DNA of 52,665 bases from Nemertoderma westbladi (Eukaryota > Animalia > Xenacoelomorpha). Location of the stretch: positions 1-52,665 of the forward strand of contig JAUCBJ010008312.1 of NCBI GenBank assembly GCA_032718475.1. Reading direction: 5' to 3'. A model generated the notes under the pieces. That model made no database searches and was not told the DNA's origin. It saw nothing but the letters and a program-made list of their open reading frames with translations. A program made the position numbers and the translations under genes. Positions 24,839-36,230 of the stretch are shown piece by piece. Numbering within the stretch: position 1 is the stretch's first letter; every line of letters begins with the position of its first letter.

Positions 24839-26620
24839 GTTATAATGTATAACCTGAGATTTTTACAGTAAGTATCCCGCTGTCGAGCGGGCTCCTAATA
24901 ATGCTTTTTAGCTGATACTTGGCAGATGACTAGTACACCATAAGGATGAATAACCGTTTTGGATTTGCTTTGGCATGTATCTACTACACAGTATAAAGTT
25001 GTAAATTTGTAGTTGCCCTCCAAGTAAAGCTGCTTGTGTTTGAGAGCACACTAAGTCTTGTGACATTTTCTTTTAATTTACAGTAATTAATATAATTAAT
25101 TTCTGTTTAAATTGTTGAACATGTTTGTGTACTAGAATGCTTTCTGGTTTTTACAATAATTATTCCCCTTCCAGATCCATATTCACGTTTCTATACAGTA
25201 CATACCGTACACTATCCATTATATATTGGCCTACGGCAACATATTCAACAGAAATTCATCACTCCTGCCGGATTTCCTCCATGGAATTAAACTAAAATTA
25301 AATTGTAAGCCCCACATAAGGATATACTAAACAAAATTAGTAACGTATGTGCTACAGAATATACATGGTCATATTATACCCTTTACGCATTACCCCCATT
25401 ATCCGTTTCTCTTTACCCTTTTATGTGTAAGATATTCATTTTACTTTGGAGAGGTGCGTATAATTCTACACCTAGCCATTAAAATAATAAATAATTGGAT
25501 GTATAACATTTAGCCATGATCAGCAATATTTAGTCCCTCTATACCCACGCACTGACTTGTTCACATACAACTATCATTACCACTTGTTAGGTTAACATAC
25601 TGTATACCCAACAATTATTTAGTTTTCAAAGGTTATTTAATAAATCAGTACCACGACCCAGTTAAGATTAAATAATATACATTATATTTATTATCATTTC
25701 AATTGCAATATACAGTATGGGTTATACCTTGGTATACTAGTATTCCATGGTTATACATAAAAATTATCACATTATTTTTAGTGGCTCAATTAAAGGACTT
25801 GGCTTAGTGTTGTTATAAGGTTCCCAAGCAACCTTATTGTTCGCAATATGGAGTTCTCTACAATACCCAGCCAGATTAAATTATTAAAGGCCAAAATTAA
25901 ATGGCCATTGTACACCGAGTTTGCAGCTGTTGTTAGAGGTTAAAGTTATTAAGTTTTTCACCAATCTATTGGAGGGTCCAAATAATGATAGGATAAGATA
26001 TAAGCAATGTACAGTACTTGTCCGAATATAGTCTAAAAAAGCCAGAATTGGGACACAGGGGCTAGGCGTATTAATTTTAACGACGATGAGAGGTCTTCCA
26101 ACATATTAACAATAGTGAAGCATGGCTGTGATTAATTAACTTCTGGGCTTTTCAAAGTCAGAGTAAGCCTACAGATACCCAGTCTTACTTAGTTTTATAT
26201 TCTTGTGAATGTTAATTTAATGACCAAAATTAACAAATTTTTTAAAACAAAAAGTATGATTTACGAATTCGGACATATACATTATGTGATTATGATCGTA
26301 GTATTCTATACTTATTCACATTTCAGAATTGTTATAATATACGACACATTATCCGCTATACAATTTATTTTTCACATCTTCTATTTTCAGTTTGTACATT
26401 TCATGGAGTTCAACAAAGGTTAAACGTTTGTTATGTGGATTGAAGCCTCGAATAAATTTACTATAAGATTCCCCTGATGCACCTCTACCTTTTAATCTGA
26501 TAGATGATCGCTGAATTGAGGGATTCGGAGATTGTAAACCTTAAATAGAAATGTAATAATTAGAGTATAAAATGTTTGAATAATAACTTTAAATTACGTA
26601 AAACCATTAAAAGCAGAACT

Positions 26621-27198
26621 TGTTAGCGTATTCAATTCCGCTAGCCAGCCCCATAAAGTGAGCTTTAAGCAATATTGGGAACACGAGGTTGATATCCAAT
26701 ATCAACCTCGTATCACCCCAATAAAGTGGGGACAAGAAAACCCCAGAGGTCATACGCACAACAGGGGTCAGGGGTTACACCCCTGAGAGAGAGAGGGAAT
26801 AACAGGAGCAACGGGAAACACTCCAGGGAAGGTAAAGGGGCGACAATTAGGATATTAGCCAATAGGGGGGAAGCATCGACTGGGTAGAGCAATATGGCCA
26901 ACTGTGCAATATATTACCGGTCCATGCATTATTTCATTCACTTGTAGTAAGTCAGCTAGTTAGGACAGTAGCGGAACTCTAGTTACCGTCTCTGTCTCCG
27001 TCTACTGACATACAATATATCATTTACCGGTACATTATACACCATTCACTTCAACCGTGCTGTAACCTATCATTGATTATACTATATGCATCGATCAACC
27101 AACAATCGAACTCTCTTTATATCTTTCACACACGGTGGGGACGCGTAAGCTAGAAACCAAAACCGGATAAACCGGGATCCTCCGTAGATCCCGTCACA
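26621..27198 (+). repeat. 5' LTR
   Basis: TGTTAGCG...GTCACA; direct repeat of 32771-33349 with scattered substitutions and indels. Confidence 0.95.
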
Positions 27199-27229
27199 GT
27201 AACTAGATCGACTACTGCCTGACTACAAG

Positions 27230-30200
27230 ATGAGCCGAATAGGAGAGACGACACCGCCGCGTACCCCGGACGGCGATCTAACGATCAGCGAGGCCGCGAC
27301 ACGACGGTATAGGCCCACGACACCGGACCCATCGCCAACGGGTGACCCGGTGATCCAACGCGAGGGGAGCCGTCTACAACTAGAGGACGAGTCGTGAGGA
27401 GAGAGAGATGAGTCGACACACGACGGCGGTCGACGTGCCAGTGTCGCCGGCCAGCCACAGGCCGAGGGCGACGGACGGCCCACCGGAACGGCGACGGTGG
27501 GGCCGCCGGTACGACTCCGGACCCGGAGAGATAGAGGAGATGTCGGCGACGAGGACGTCGGGGTCAGCGATTGACTTCAACGGGCCTACAACGCGACCCG
27601 GAAACTACTTAAGGAGGCCAAAGAGGGGGCCCAGATAAACGAGGTAAACTTGAAGAAAAGACTAGGTGAGTCGAACGAACACTTTGACTATCTAAAGCGT
27701 TTTGGGCAGGAAGAACTAGCCAGCGAGAGAGTGAGAGGGGTGGCCAGCGAACTGCTTGAACTATGGGAATGTAGGGGCATGGTGCCTAGTGTAGTGTACA
27801 TAGGGCCATACTCAGTCGATGCCCTGGAAGTAAAATTAGTGGGTTGGAGGAGACCGCAGGAGGGCGAATCCGAGGTTAAACCCGAGGATTCGGTCTCGTC
27901 GGTCGGAGGAAGTTCCGGGAGGCGGGGGAAAGTTAGTAGGACGGAGGGGCGGCGGGAGTCCGTCGCAACCGATAAGTCGCTACTAGAGAAGTTCGCTACA
28001 TCCTCCGCAAAAGAAAGAAGGGTGTGGGAGATAAATCTGACGTATAAATTAGAAATGGTGGCGATAGAGCAGAAAGAGTTAGAGTGGCGACTGAGGGAGG
28101 AAACCACATTATTAGAGTTGGCAAGGGAGTATAGAAAGGTAGCCGAGGAGTGTAGAGAGCGGGAGATGAGAGTAAAGAGCGAGCCGGCGAGGTGGCTTGA
28201 GATGGTTGCGAGAGAGACAGAGTTGGCCGAGCGAAGTTTGCGAGAGTGCAGAGAGAGAGAGAGATAGAGGCAGAGCGTGAGCGGAATGATTTGCGTGCCC
28301 GGCTAGGGAGGCTTGCGCAATATCAAGCCAAACTGGAGTGGCGCCGACTAGAACTGGCGCGGTTGGAACTATCAGAGAGTGAGACCCCACTTACAGACAC
28401 CGGGCGAGAGAACCAGAACTGGTGTAGCCGTACGGGCGGGGGGGGGGGGGGGGGTAGTAGTAGTACGTTAGGAAATGTTGGTATTAATAGTACCGTAGTA
28501 GATAACCCTAATCCCTTTATTACAGGAAATATTTTACCCGGTAATTCAAATTCAAATAATAATATTAATTCAAATATTCAGAATAATTCAAATAATTCGA
28601 ATAATAATTTAAATTTTGAAAATAATAACAATTCTAAATAATTTAAATAATAATCCCGTTTCAAATTCTAATAATTCTAATATTTTAATTGATTTTGGGG
28701 ATTTAATTGATCCAACAGATAATATTGGGAATGGTGCTAAATGGTGCATTAATATGAACGTGTCGGACGTACATAACCCGGCAGACGGCGGCCTGGTAGG
28801 CCACGTAGTTAGTAGGCAGGAAGTAGAGGGCCTGGTAGGCCACGCAGTAGTAGAGAGAGAGGCGGGGGTGAATAGACCCAGCCGTAGTAGAGACAGTGCG
28901 TCGACTAGAGAGGGGTGTAGAAGTCGAAGTAAGAGATAGTGAAGTAAGATGTGGCGAGTGGGGGGGGGGGGGGCTACGGGCGCCCCACCACAGAAGATTA
29001 GTGGCGAGAGAAGGGGGGTGGAGAATGTCCGACAAGAGGGACGCAGAAGTGTAGTAAGAGATAGTGAAGTTAGATGCGGCGGGTGGGGGGGGGGGGGCTA
29101 CGGGCGCCCCACCACGAGAGATTAGTAGCGAGAGGGGGGGGGGGGCAGAGAGTGTCCCACAGGCGTCGGCGGATAATGCGCGGGCCGAGCTAGGTAAACC
29201 GCAACACCCGGCGATGGAGAGTAATAGGGGGATTGCGAGTATCCCCAGCGGCGTGCGATCGAGCAGAGAGAGGCAGGTTGACGTCGCGAGAGGGCGGACG
29301 AAGCGTCGAGCCCGATCAGAAGAGGGAAGAAGAACAGTGGAGTTTAACCGGGAGGTCGACGAGAGATCTCACGAGCGGGAATACTGCACTGAAAAGAGAA
29401 GAAGAGAAGATAGTAGAAGAAGTGTCGCCGCGAACGATAGGAGTGCGAGGACGGATAGCGGACCGTCGATAGTAGAGATGGAGTTAGGGAGTCAGTGGGG
29501 TCGAACTTCGGGAGATTGCCGTCGCCCCGGAGAAACGCACCGCACGCCAAGAGAGGGGTACAGGACGTACCGATACAAAGTCGAGAACAGGAGAGGGGAT
29601 CGAAGAGAAGCTTCCCGACGGGATATAGCTGCCGATCGAGAGTGCGGTAGTCGCGGGGAGATTCGAGATTCGCGAAGATTAAACTTCGGTTCGAAAGGGC
29701 ACATGCAGACTGCAGGACATACTGTAGGCCTTACTGCACATACTATTATAGGCCATGCTGGGAGAGATAGAATAGGCGATAGGGTAGCGCGGACGACGGG
29801 ATTAAACCCGGAAGCCGCGGAGTACATACCGGTAGGTAGGCAAGAAGTGGGTAGGCCTATATCGGTACGGCAGCATGACTATAATACACAGGGACATAAC
29901 ATATATCCAGGGGAGGGGAGAGTTATTGCAGATAGATGTATGGGCCCCAATATATTAACATCAACCCCAGTACCAAACATACCGGTGGGGGGGGGGGGGG
30001 GGACAGGGTGACATTCCCCCATCACAATATCAACAATATACCCCAATAGGAGCAAGAACATCGAACCCCTTGGACGAGAACAGGTCGTGCGGACAGTCGC
30101 TACCACACGCGGCCATACAGGGGACTGCTAGTCCACAGTTAGCTGGTAGCAGGGCCACACCGTGGCAGGGACAGAAAGAAAATAACACCACAAATAAACA

Positions 30201-31119
30201 CAATCCCAACATACCCAGTAGGCCGAGTACAGACAACCAAAACACAAAATCGGTAGATATAAACCTACGCGCGATACGTGAAGGACTATACAGGAAACGC
30301 TATAATCCAGGATTCGAATGTCAATTACATCGGGACGGAACCCATAAGACCAGGAGTTGTAAGCACTGGCAAGCGTTGCCCAAACAAGATCGTATAGCCT
30401 ACACAGACGCAAACGGACTATGTCATCGATGTGTGGTAGAAGGACACAGACCCGGAGAGTGTAGAGAAACAGCAGCTACAAGCACGACAGTGGCAAGAAA
30501 GAAGAGAAAAGTACTACCCGAGGAAGTAACAGTTAGAGAGTGGGCGGGGGAGAATGGATATCCCAGCAAGTATCGGTATGGAGATAGAGAGGAGCGGACG
30601 GCAAGATGTCCGGAGGACAAACCGGAGGAGCGTCCGGTGGAGTGTCAGGAGGACATAGTTCCAGAGGAGTGTCCGGAAGAGACGCCGGTCCGGTTGAGAG
30701 GCATACCGACAAGGGGGAGGTCGAGTAAGAAGACAAGATGGAAAGGGAGAGGATGTGAGAGGATTAGACCAGGGGCAGAGAGGTCCGTGGGTGGACATAA
30801 CAAAGGACTCAGGAAAGCAGGAGGCGTGTTGCATACGCACGCGGGACTGACAGAGTGCGAGGGGGCATTACATGGGCAGACGTCGTGTATACCGAAGGAC
30901 GGACGGGGGTCGTCGAGGCCTTTAATGCCAGCGCACATACTAAGGGGGAGGCCAGCAGAGGTAGTGTCTAAGAAAGTGTGGCGAAGAGTAAGAGGACGTA
31001 TAGGAGGGCAGTGGGAGAGTGCCTACTGGAAGAAGGGGCACCTTAGAGTTTTAGTCGTCCAATGTTTTGGACTGAGGGGGGTGGGAATGAGGGCGAGACG
31101 CCCTTCCCACGCAAAATAA
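27230..31119 (+). pseudogene. Disrupted gag-like ORF: coiled coil, N-rich and R/G/E-rich low-complexity tracts, BEL-type Cys/His knuckles
   Basis: ATG at 27230 is in frame with ORF 27650 apart from TGA at 27395 and 27572; later frameshifts, several at (AG)n and poly-G runs; knuckles in ORF 30070-31119; no PR, RT or INT motifs seen. Confidence 0.75.
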
Positions 31120-31159
31120 TTATTTAATTAAAAATAAATTAATAAAATAATTAAATAAT

Positions 31160-32400
31160 AAATAAGTAGAAAGTCAGAAAGTAAGTAGATAGCTAGTTAA
31201 GTTAGAAGAGTAAGAGGGTACGTAGTACCGTTAGTTAGAGAGGTTAGTTAGTTAGTAAGAGGGTACGTAGTACCGTTAGTTAGTAGAGAGAGTTAGAGAA
31301 GTTAGTAAGAGGGTACGTAGTACCGTTAGTTAGTAGAGAGAGTTAGAGAAGTTAGTAAGAGGGTACGTAGTACCGTTAGTAGGTAGAAGTTAGGTAGTAA
31401 GAGAGTAGTACCGCTAGTTAGATAGAGATATAGTTAGTAAGAGGGTACGTAGTACCGTTAGTTAGAAAGTTAGTAGAGCAGTAGAGGGTTGTGGGCACCG
31501 TAAGCGCCACGTAGAAAGTAGTAGCAGTAGAGGTTGTGGGCACCGTAAGCGCCACGTAGGAAGTAGTAAGCAGAGTGGTTGTGGGCACCGCAAGCGCCAC
31601 GTAGTTAGAGTTAGTAGGGGATGCGTTGAACTAAGTGGGGCACGGGCGTGATGACGTGTTTGATGTAAGAGCAGGGTATGTTAATTAGGGTGGGTGCCGG
31701 GCACAAGAGGTGCCGGGCACAAGAAGTTAGTAGTAGAGTTAGTTGAGTTAGTAGTAGAGTTAGTTGAGTTAGTAGAGAGTTAGTAGAGAGTTAGTAGAGT
31801 TAGTAAGAGTTAGTAGTAGTTCACATAATTAACGTACCCACTCTGCCGGCACTCAGAGCGTCACGTGCAGGCGAGGAGACGTAAAGGGGGCAGATAGAGT
31901 AGAATAGTAAAGACGGGCACATAGGGTGCCAGGTAGTAGAGTTAGAGAGTTAGAGGTAGTAGAGTAGTAGAGACGGGCACATAGGGTGCCAGGTAGTAGA
32001 GTTAGAGAGTTAGAGGTAGTAGAGTAGTAGAGAGGGCACATAGGGTGCCAGGTAGTAGAGTAGTAGAGACGGGCACATAGGGTGCCAGATAGTAGAGTGG
32101 TTGTGGGCACCGCAAGCGCCACGTAGTTAGAAGAGTGGGTAGAGTTAGAGAGTTCTAGTTAAAGGGCTAGAGAGTTGGTAGACTTAGAGGGTTTTAGTTA
32201 GAGTTAGTAGTAGAGGGGTCGTGGGCACCCTAAGCGCCACGTAGTTAGAAGAGTTGGTAAGAGTTAGAGAGAGTTAGTAGAAGTAGAGAGTTAGTAGGAG
32301 TTAGTTAGACTTAGTAGAGCTAGTTAGAGTCGGAGAGTTAGTAGAGAGTAAGAGAGTTAGATAGTTAGCAAGTAAGTAGTAGGTAGATAGTATGATAGCA
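31160..32400 (+). repeat. Array of small hairpin modules separated by C-depleted TAG-rich linkers
   Basis: Three repeated stem-loop motifs of five copies each, embedded in GTAG/GTTAG/AGAG repeats. Confidence 0.85.
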
Positions 32401-32770
32401 CAGGGGTAGCATTAGAGATTAGGGCCTTAGGGAGTGGTAGAGAGTAGAGAGGAGTATGGAGAGAAGTTAGAGTGCGATTCAGGTGTGGGGAGAGTGTAAG
32501 AGTGGGGAGAGAGTAAGAGGGGAGTTAGAGCGGAGTTAGTTAGAGTGGCGAGAGTGTTGGGGAAACAAAAATTGTGTGAGAGAAGCGCACGATCGGCCCG
32601 ACACGAGACGCCAGAGGGTAGTGACATCATACCCATAGGGAGCGGCCTGGAAAGCCGACTCCAAGAAAATAACTCCACCCCACACCCGATAATAGATCGA
32701 GTTCCAGCGGAATTGAAGCGCACTTGAGGTTGATGCTATCTTCTCACCGGGAAGATAGCATGGGGGGGAG

Positions 32771-33349
32771 TGTGAGCGTATTCAATTCCGCCACATCAAG
32801 CCCCATAAAGTGAGGTTTAAGCAATATTGGGAACACGAGGTTGATTACCATATCAACCTCGTATCACCCCAATAAAGTGGGGACAAGAGACCCCAGAGGA
32901 CATACGCACAACAGGGGTCAGGGGTTACACCCCTGAGAGAGAGAGAGAATAACAGGAGCAACGGGAAACACTCCAGGGAAGGTAAAGGGGCGACAAGTGG
33001 TTATTAGCCAATAGGGGGGAAGCATCGACTGGGTAGAGCAATATGGCCAACCGTGCAATATATTACCGGTCCATGCATTATTTCATTCACTTGTAGTAAG
33101 TCAGCTAGTTAGGACAGTAGCGGAACTCTAGTTACCGTCTCCGTCTACCGTCAGCCATACAATATATCATTTACCGGTACATTATACACCATTCACTTCA
33201 ACCGTGCTGTAACCTATCATTGATTCCATACCTATATACATCGATCAACCAACAACTCGAACTCTCTTTATATCTTTCACACACGGTGGGGACGCGTAAG
33301 CTAGAAACCAAAACCGGATAAACCGGGATCCTCCGTAGATCCCGTCACA
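32771..33349 (+). repeat. 3' LTR
   Basis: TGTGAGCG...GTCACA, preceded by the PPT and followed by TSD GAACT. Confidence 0.95.
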
Positions 33350-33355
33350 GAACTG

Positions 33356-33660
33356 GAACTACTCCAATATGGGAGTCCATGCTGGGTTCTAATTACTGAG
33401 GTGACCAAAACTCTGCATGACACATACAAAAGAATCAATGGACGGGTTCATTATGTCAAGTACAATGAACAAATCTTCAACCAGACAGAACCAGCATTGC
33501 AGTTTTCGCATTAGTCCCACATGTGACACTTGAAAAGAGCCATTGCAGGACATTGCTATCGCTGTGTGGACCAGCCAGTGCACAATGATGTGCTTTGGTG
33601 ACCTCACGGAGAGAATGGTGGCCAAGCGATGACTTATATGCGACTCTTCATGACCTACTA
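33356..33660 (+). mobile_element. Degenerate RTE-clade LINE fragment (RT thumb region)
   Basis: Translates as ELLQYGSPCWVL...IAGHCYR...VLW*PHGENGGQAMTY with stops, resembling the RTE pattern LLYGSETWTL...AGHC.R...LW.P.HG. Confidence 0.6.
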
Positions 33661-34572
33661 TAGAAACTATCAAATTTTGTGTTAATTGTATTTTTCGTGC
33701 CGCACATTGACACGTATCCAAAAAAACCGTAATCATCAGGTGGGATATTTTTCAGTGTCATATTCGTGATCAGCGTCCCAAATAAACCCATATGGCCATA
33801 AAATCAATTTGATTTCATGGTTATTTTTCATTATCATATTTCCACTACTTGTTTTTTTCGTGCTCCAGGGAGCACAAATAACTGACTAATAACTAATATA
33901 AATAACAACATGCCTATGTTGTTATATTACACAACTCTTGGATGAAATCAACACATTCTAAAACCTCAGTAGCCAAACTGTAGGGCAAATTTACCACTTT
34001 TGAAAAAAGTGCTACTTGCAGTTTTGGTGCTCTTTTCGTATCAATTAAAAAAAATGAAAATTTTGCTTCGAATTAAATTAATTTATTTTGTTTAGATTAA
34101 AAATAATGAATTCAACAAAACAAAAAAGCATACTATGCTACTATACTATATACTATACTAGCATACTATGGTATACCAAAGTCTTTGAATGGTGATGTAT
34201 TTTGTGTAATTTTATCAATTCCGAAAGGTGTTGATATGGTAGGAGTGCCAAGAACTACTCACATCTCGAAAACTACCGGAGCTATTAAATTTTTATTTGT
34301 CTCCTCTGAAAGAGGACATAATTTTAGTTAGGGACAAGAACTTTCGACGCGCTAAAGCTATTGTTTAAGGGATTCTATCTAAGAGAAATAACTGGCCCAC
34401 TAAATTTTGGAGCTTTCCAGCAGCTTGGCGGGTCGTATCTATTATAGTAGGTCATGGACTCTTAAAGGACACTGGTCTTGAAGATACGGATAATCTGCCG
34501 AAATTTACGAGCGATAGGTAGTTGTAACGGCGTAATTTTATATCAATGCAAGGCTGTGATACTGTAGCATTC

Positions 34573-34628
34573 TTAATGCAGCTGAAATGGAGCATGCAGA
34601 TTATAGAGATTCTGGAACATTCTGGAAC
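34573..34628 (-). CDS. PHETA: Sesquipedalian/PHETA-like gene, probable last coding exon (GSRMFQNLYNLHAPFQLH*)
   Basis: TTATTTGCAG acceptor; phase 1 matches the donor at 35298; stop at 34573-34575. Confidence 0.55.
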
Positions 34629-34802
34629 CTGCAAATAACCCGAATGAATCTAAATCCATATTGGTTTTGTGTAGGACGTCAATATGCAGTGAAGAAATTC
34701 CTTTACTTTTTGGAAAATCTTCAAAGATAACGTTTGTTGTTTTGTTCCCCCATTACGCCTCTGAAACCTGCTCCTTTACTAACCTGCTCCTTTACTACTG
34801 TA

Positions 34803-34880
34803 ACTCGCGGTCTAAGAATACCCGCGGGCTAAGAAAACCCGCGGGCTAAGAATACTCGCGGGCTAAGAATTCACCCAACC
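34803..34880. repeat. End fragment of a GG...CC MITE with CGCGGGCTAAGAA subterminal repeats
   Basis: Four ~17-bp repeats ending AAGAATTCACCCAACC, the same terminus as at 45656-45671. Confidence 0.65.
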
Positions 34881-35298
34881 ATAATACATACTGTACGTAG
34901 TCATCTCTAAAAATCGTCATCTCACTCAATCAGTTCTTTGCCAAGGAAATAATTAAACGATTTTAGGAGATAATAAATATGATACGCACATCTTCAATAT
35001 ATATATATATATCCTTCTACATTCGCTAAAGGTACATATTAAGAGACAAGAAAAAGTCATTAAAAAAGCCCAAGGCTTAAAGCAGGAACCCCCATAAAGA
35101 ACCCGTGTGAAAGTAAATAATAAATGTCAGGGGACTCCCTTTTTGTATTTTAATATAATATATCGAATTTACTGGTTTTAGCTTACTATATATACGCCTA
35201 CTGTATAGAAGCTACACAAACTGAGTAGTTTGGACCACTACACTACCGGTACCTAATGTAACACAGTTCCCGCTCCCGGCTATAGTTGCAATTAATAC

Positions 35299-35479
35299 CT
35301 TTTAATCCAAGCCTTCTCAGTGCATCTGTATGAGTTGTGTCTATAATGGGTTCCTTACTATTACATGTGTTACCATCAATTTCTGCCAGCTGGCTTCTCA
35401 TCTTCTCAATGTCGCTTTTTATTTTACCGTAATTTGCTGCAGATAAGGCTGTTGTCCATGCGATTGCAATGTCACAATT
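35299..35479 (-). CDS. PHETA: PHETA-like exon 3 (PH C-terminal helix and coiled coil)
   Basis: NCDIAIAWTTALSAANYGKIKSDIEKMRSQL...; TTTTTCAAG acceptor, phase 0; contains the conserved PH-domain Trp. Confidence 0.8.
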
Positions 35480-35799
35480 CTTGAAAAATTTATAATTTAA
35501 TAAATATTACTCAGATAAGAAATTATTAATGAGTTAAAGATACTAGAAATACGATATATTATGAGCAAATTAGAAGATGAAAGAAAACAAGTAACTTAAT
35601 GAAACACATATCAAGTGCGTTATTGGAAGCGTTTTCAAAATGTATAACAATCGAAATAGTAATCTACCAAGTCATATAGGGGACTTTAGTGACTTTACTA
35701 CTACTAACTAATACTGTCGGAATGTTGCATTGCAGCTGCATTACATATATATATATATAAAGAGTGCTATGCCGGCTGTTCACAGAAATTGCGCAGCCA

Positions 35800-36230
35800 C
35801 AATTCCCTATCCCCCATGACTTTCGCGAGATTATCCGCATCTTCAAGGCCAGTGTCCTTTCAGATGCATCTCAAGAAAGTTATGGGCTGTCCACCATGCT
35901 TATTGTCTCCACGGGGCAGCCAAATCACAAGAATGCGCACTGGTTGGTCCTCACTGCGGAAGCAGTGTCATGTCATGCTAGTCTCATTTTTAATAATATA
36001 AATTTGCATAAAAGAGGAAGTCTGTAGAAACACAAACAACCCTTTCAAACCAGGACGTTGCCATAGCACATGGTTATGAACAGTTTAATACATCAGGTTA
36101 TAGCTGTGATCGGATACGATCTGTTATGATCTGGTTATAGTCCTGCTGGAGAGGATAATAATTTATTTTGCCAATAGAAAACCTTCAATTTACAGACGTA
36201 AACCAGCTGGAGATTACGCTTGCCTTGAAG
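35800..36230 (+). mobile_element. Possible highly degenerate RTE LINE remnant in an intron
   Basis: Only IRIFKASVLS...YG resembles the RTE RT thumb. Confidence 0.3.

Larger units (their letters stand above)
26621..33349 (+). mobile_element. Complete non-autonomous LTR element of BEL/Pao ancestry (gag-like only, no pol)
   Basis: Two ~580-bp TG...CA LTRs; 5-bp TSD GAACT (26616-26620 and 33350-33354); PPT GGGGGGGAG before the 3' LTR; BEL-type gag motifs (VKPEDSVSSV; C..H....H....C...LCHRC....H....C). Confidence 0.9.

Noticed and set aside
23908-24852. 314-aa (SQSV)n ORF
   Set aside because: Translation of the (CAGT)n microsatellite.
25800-26170. Possible tyrosine-recombinase remnant on the - strand (GRPLIVVKINTPSPCVPILAFLDY)
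   Set aside because: Resemblance is weak, frames are broken and no HxxR motif was found; needs TBLASTN.
26775-26830. Hammerhead ribozyme in the LTR (retrozyme idea)
   Set aside because: CTGAGAG does not fit the CUGANGA core, and the required stems around GAAA are not evident.
31160-32400. Hairpin array as a CRISPR array or as reverse-strand coding sequence
   Set aside because: Spacers are low-complexity and mutually similar, repeats belong to several families, and the reverse ORFs are short repeat translations.
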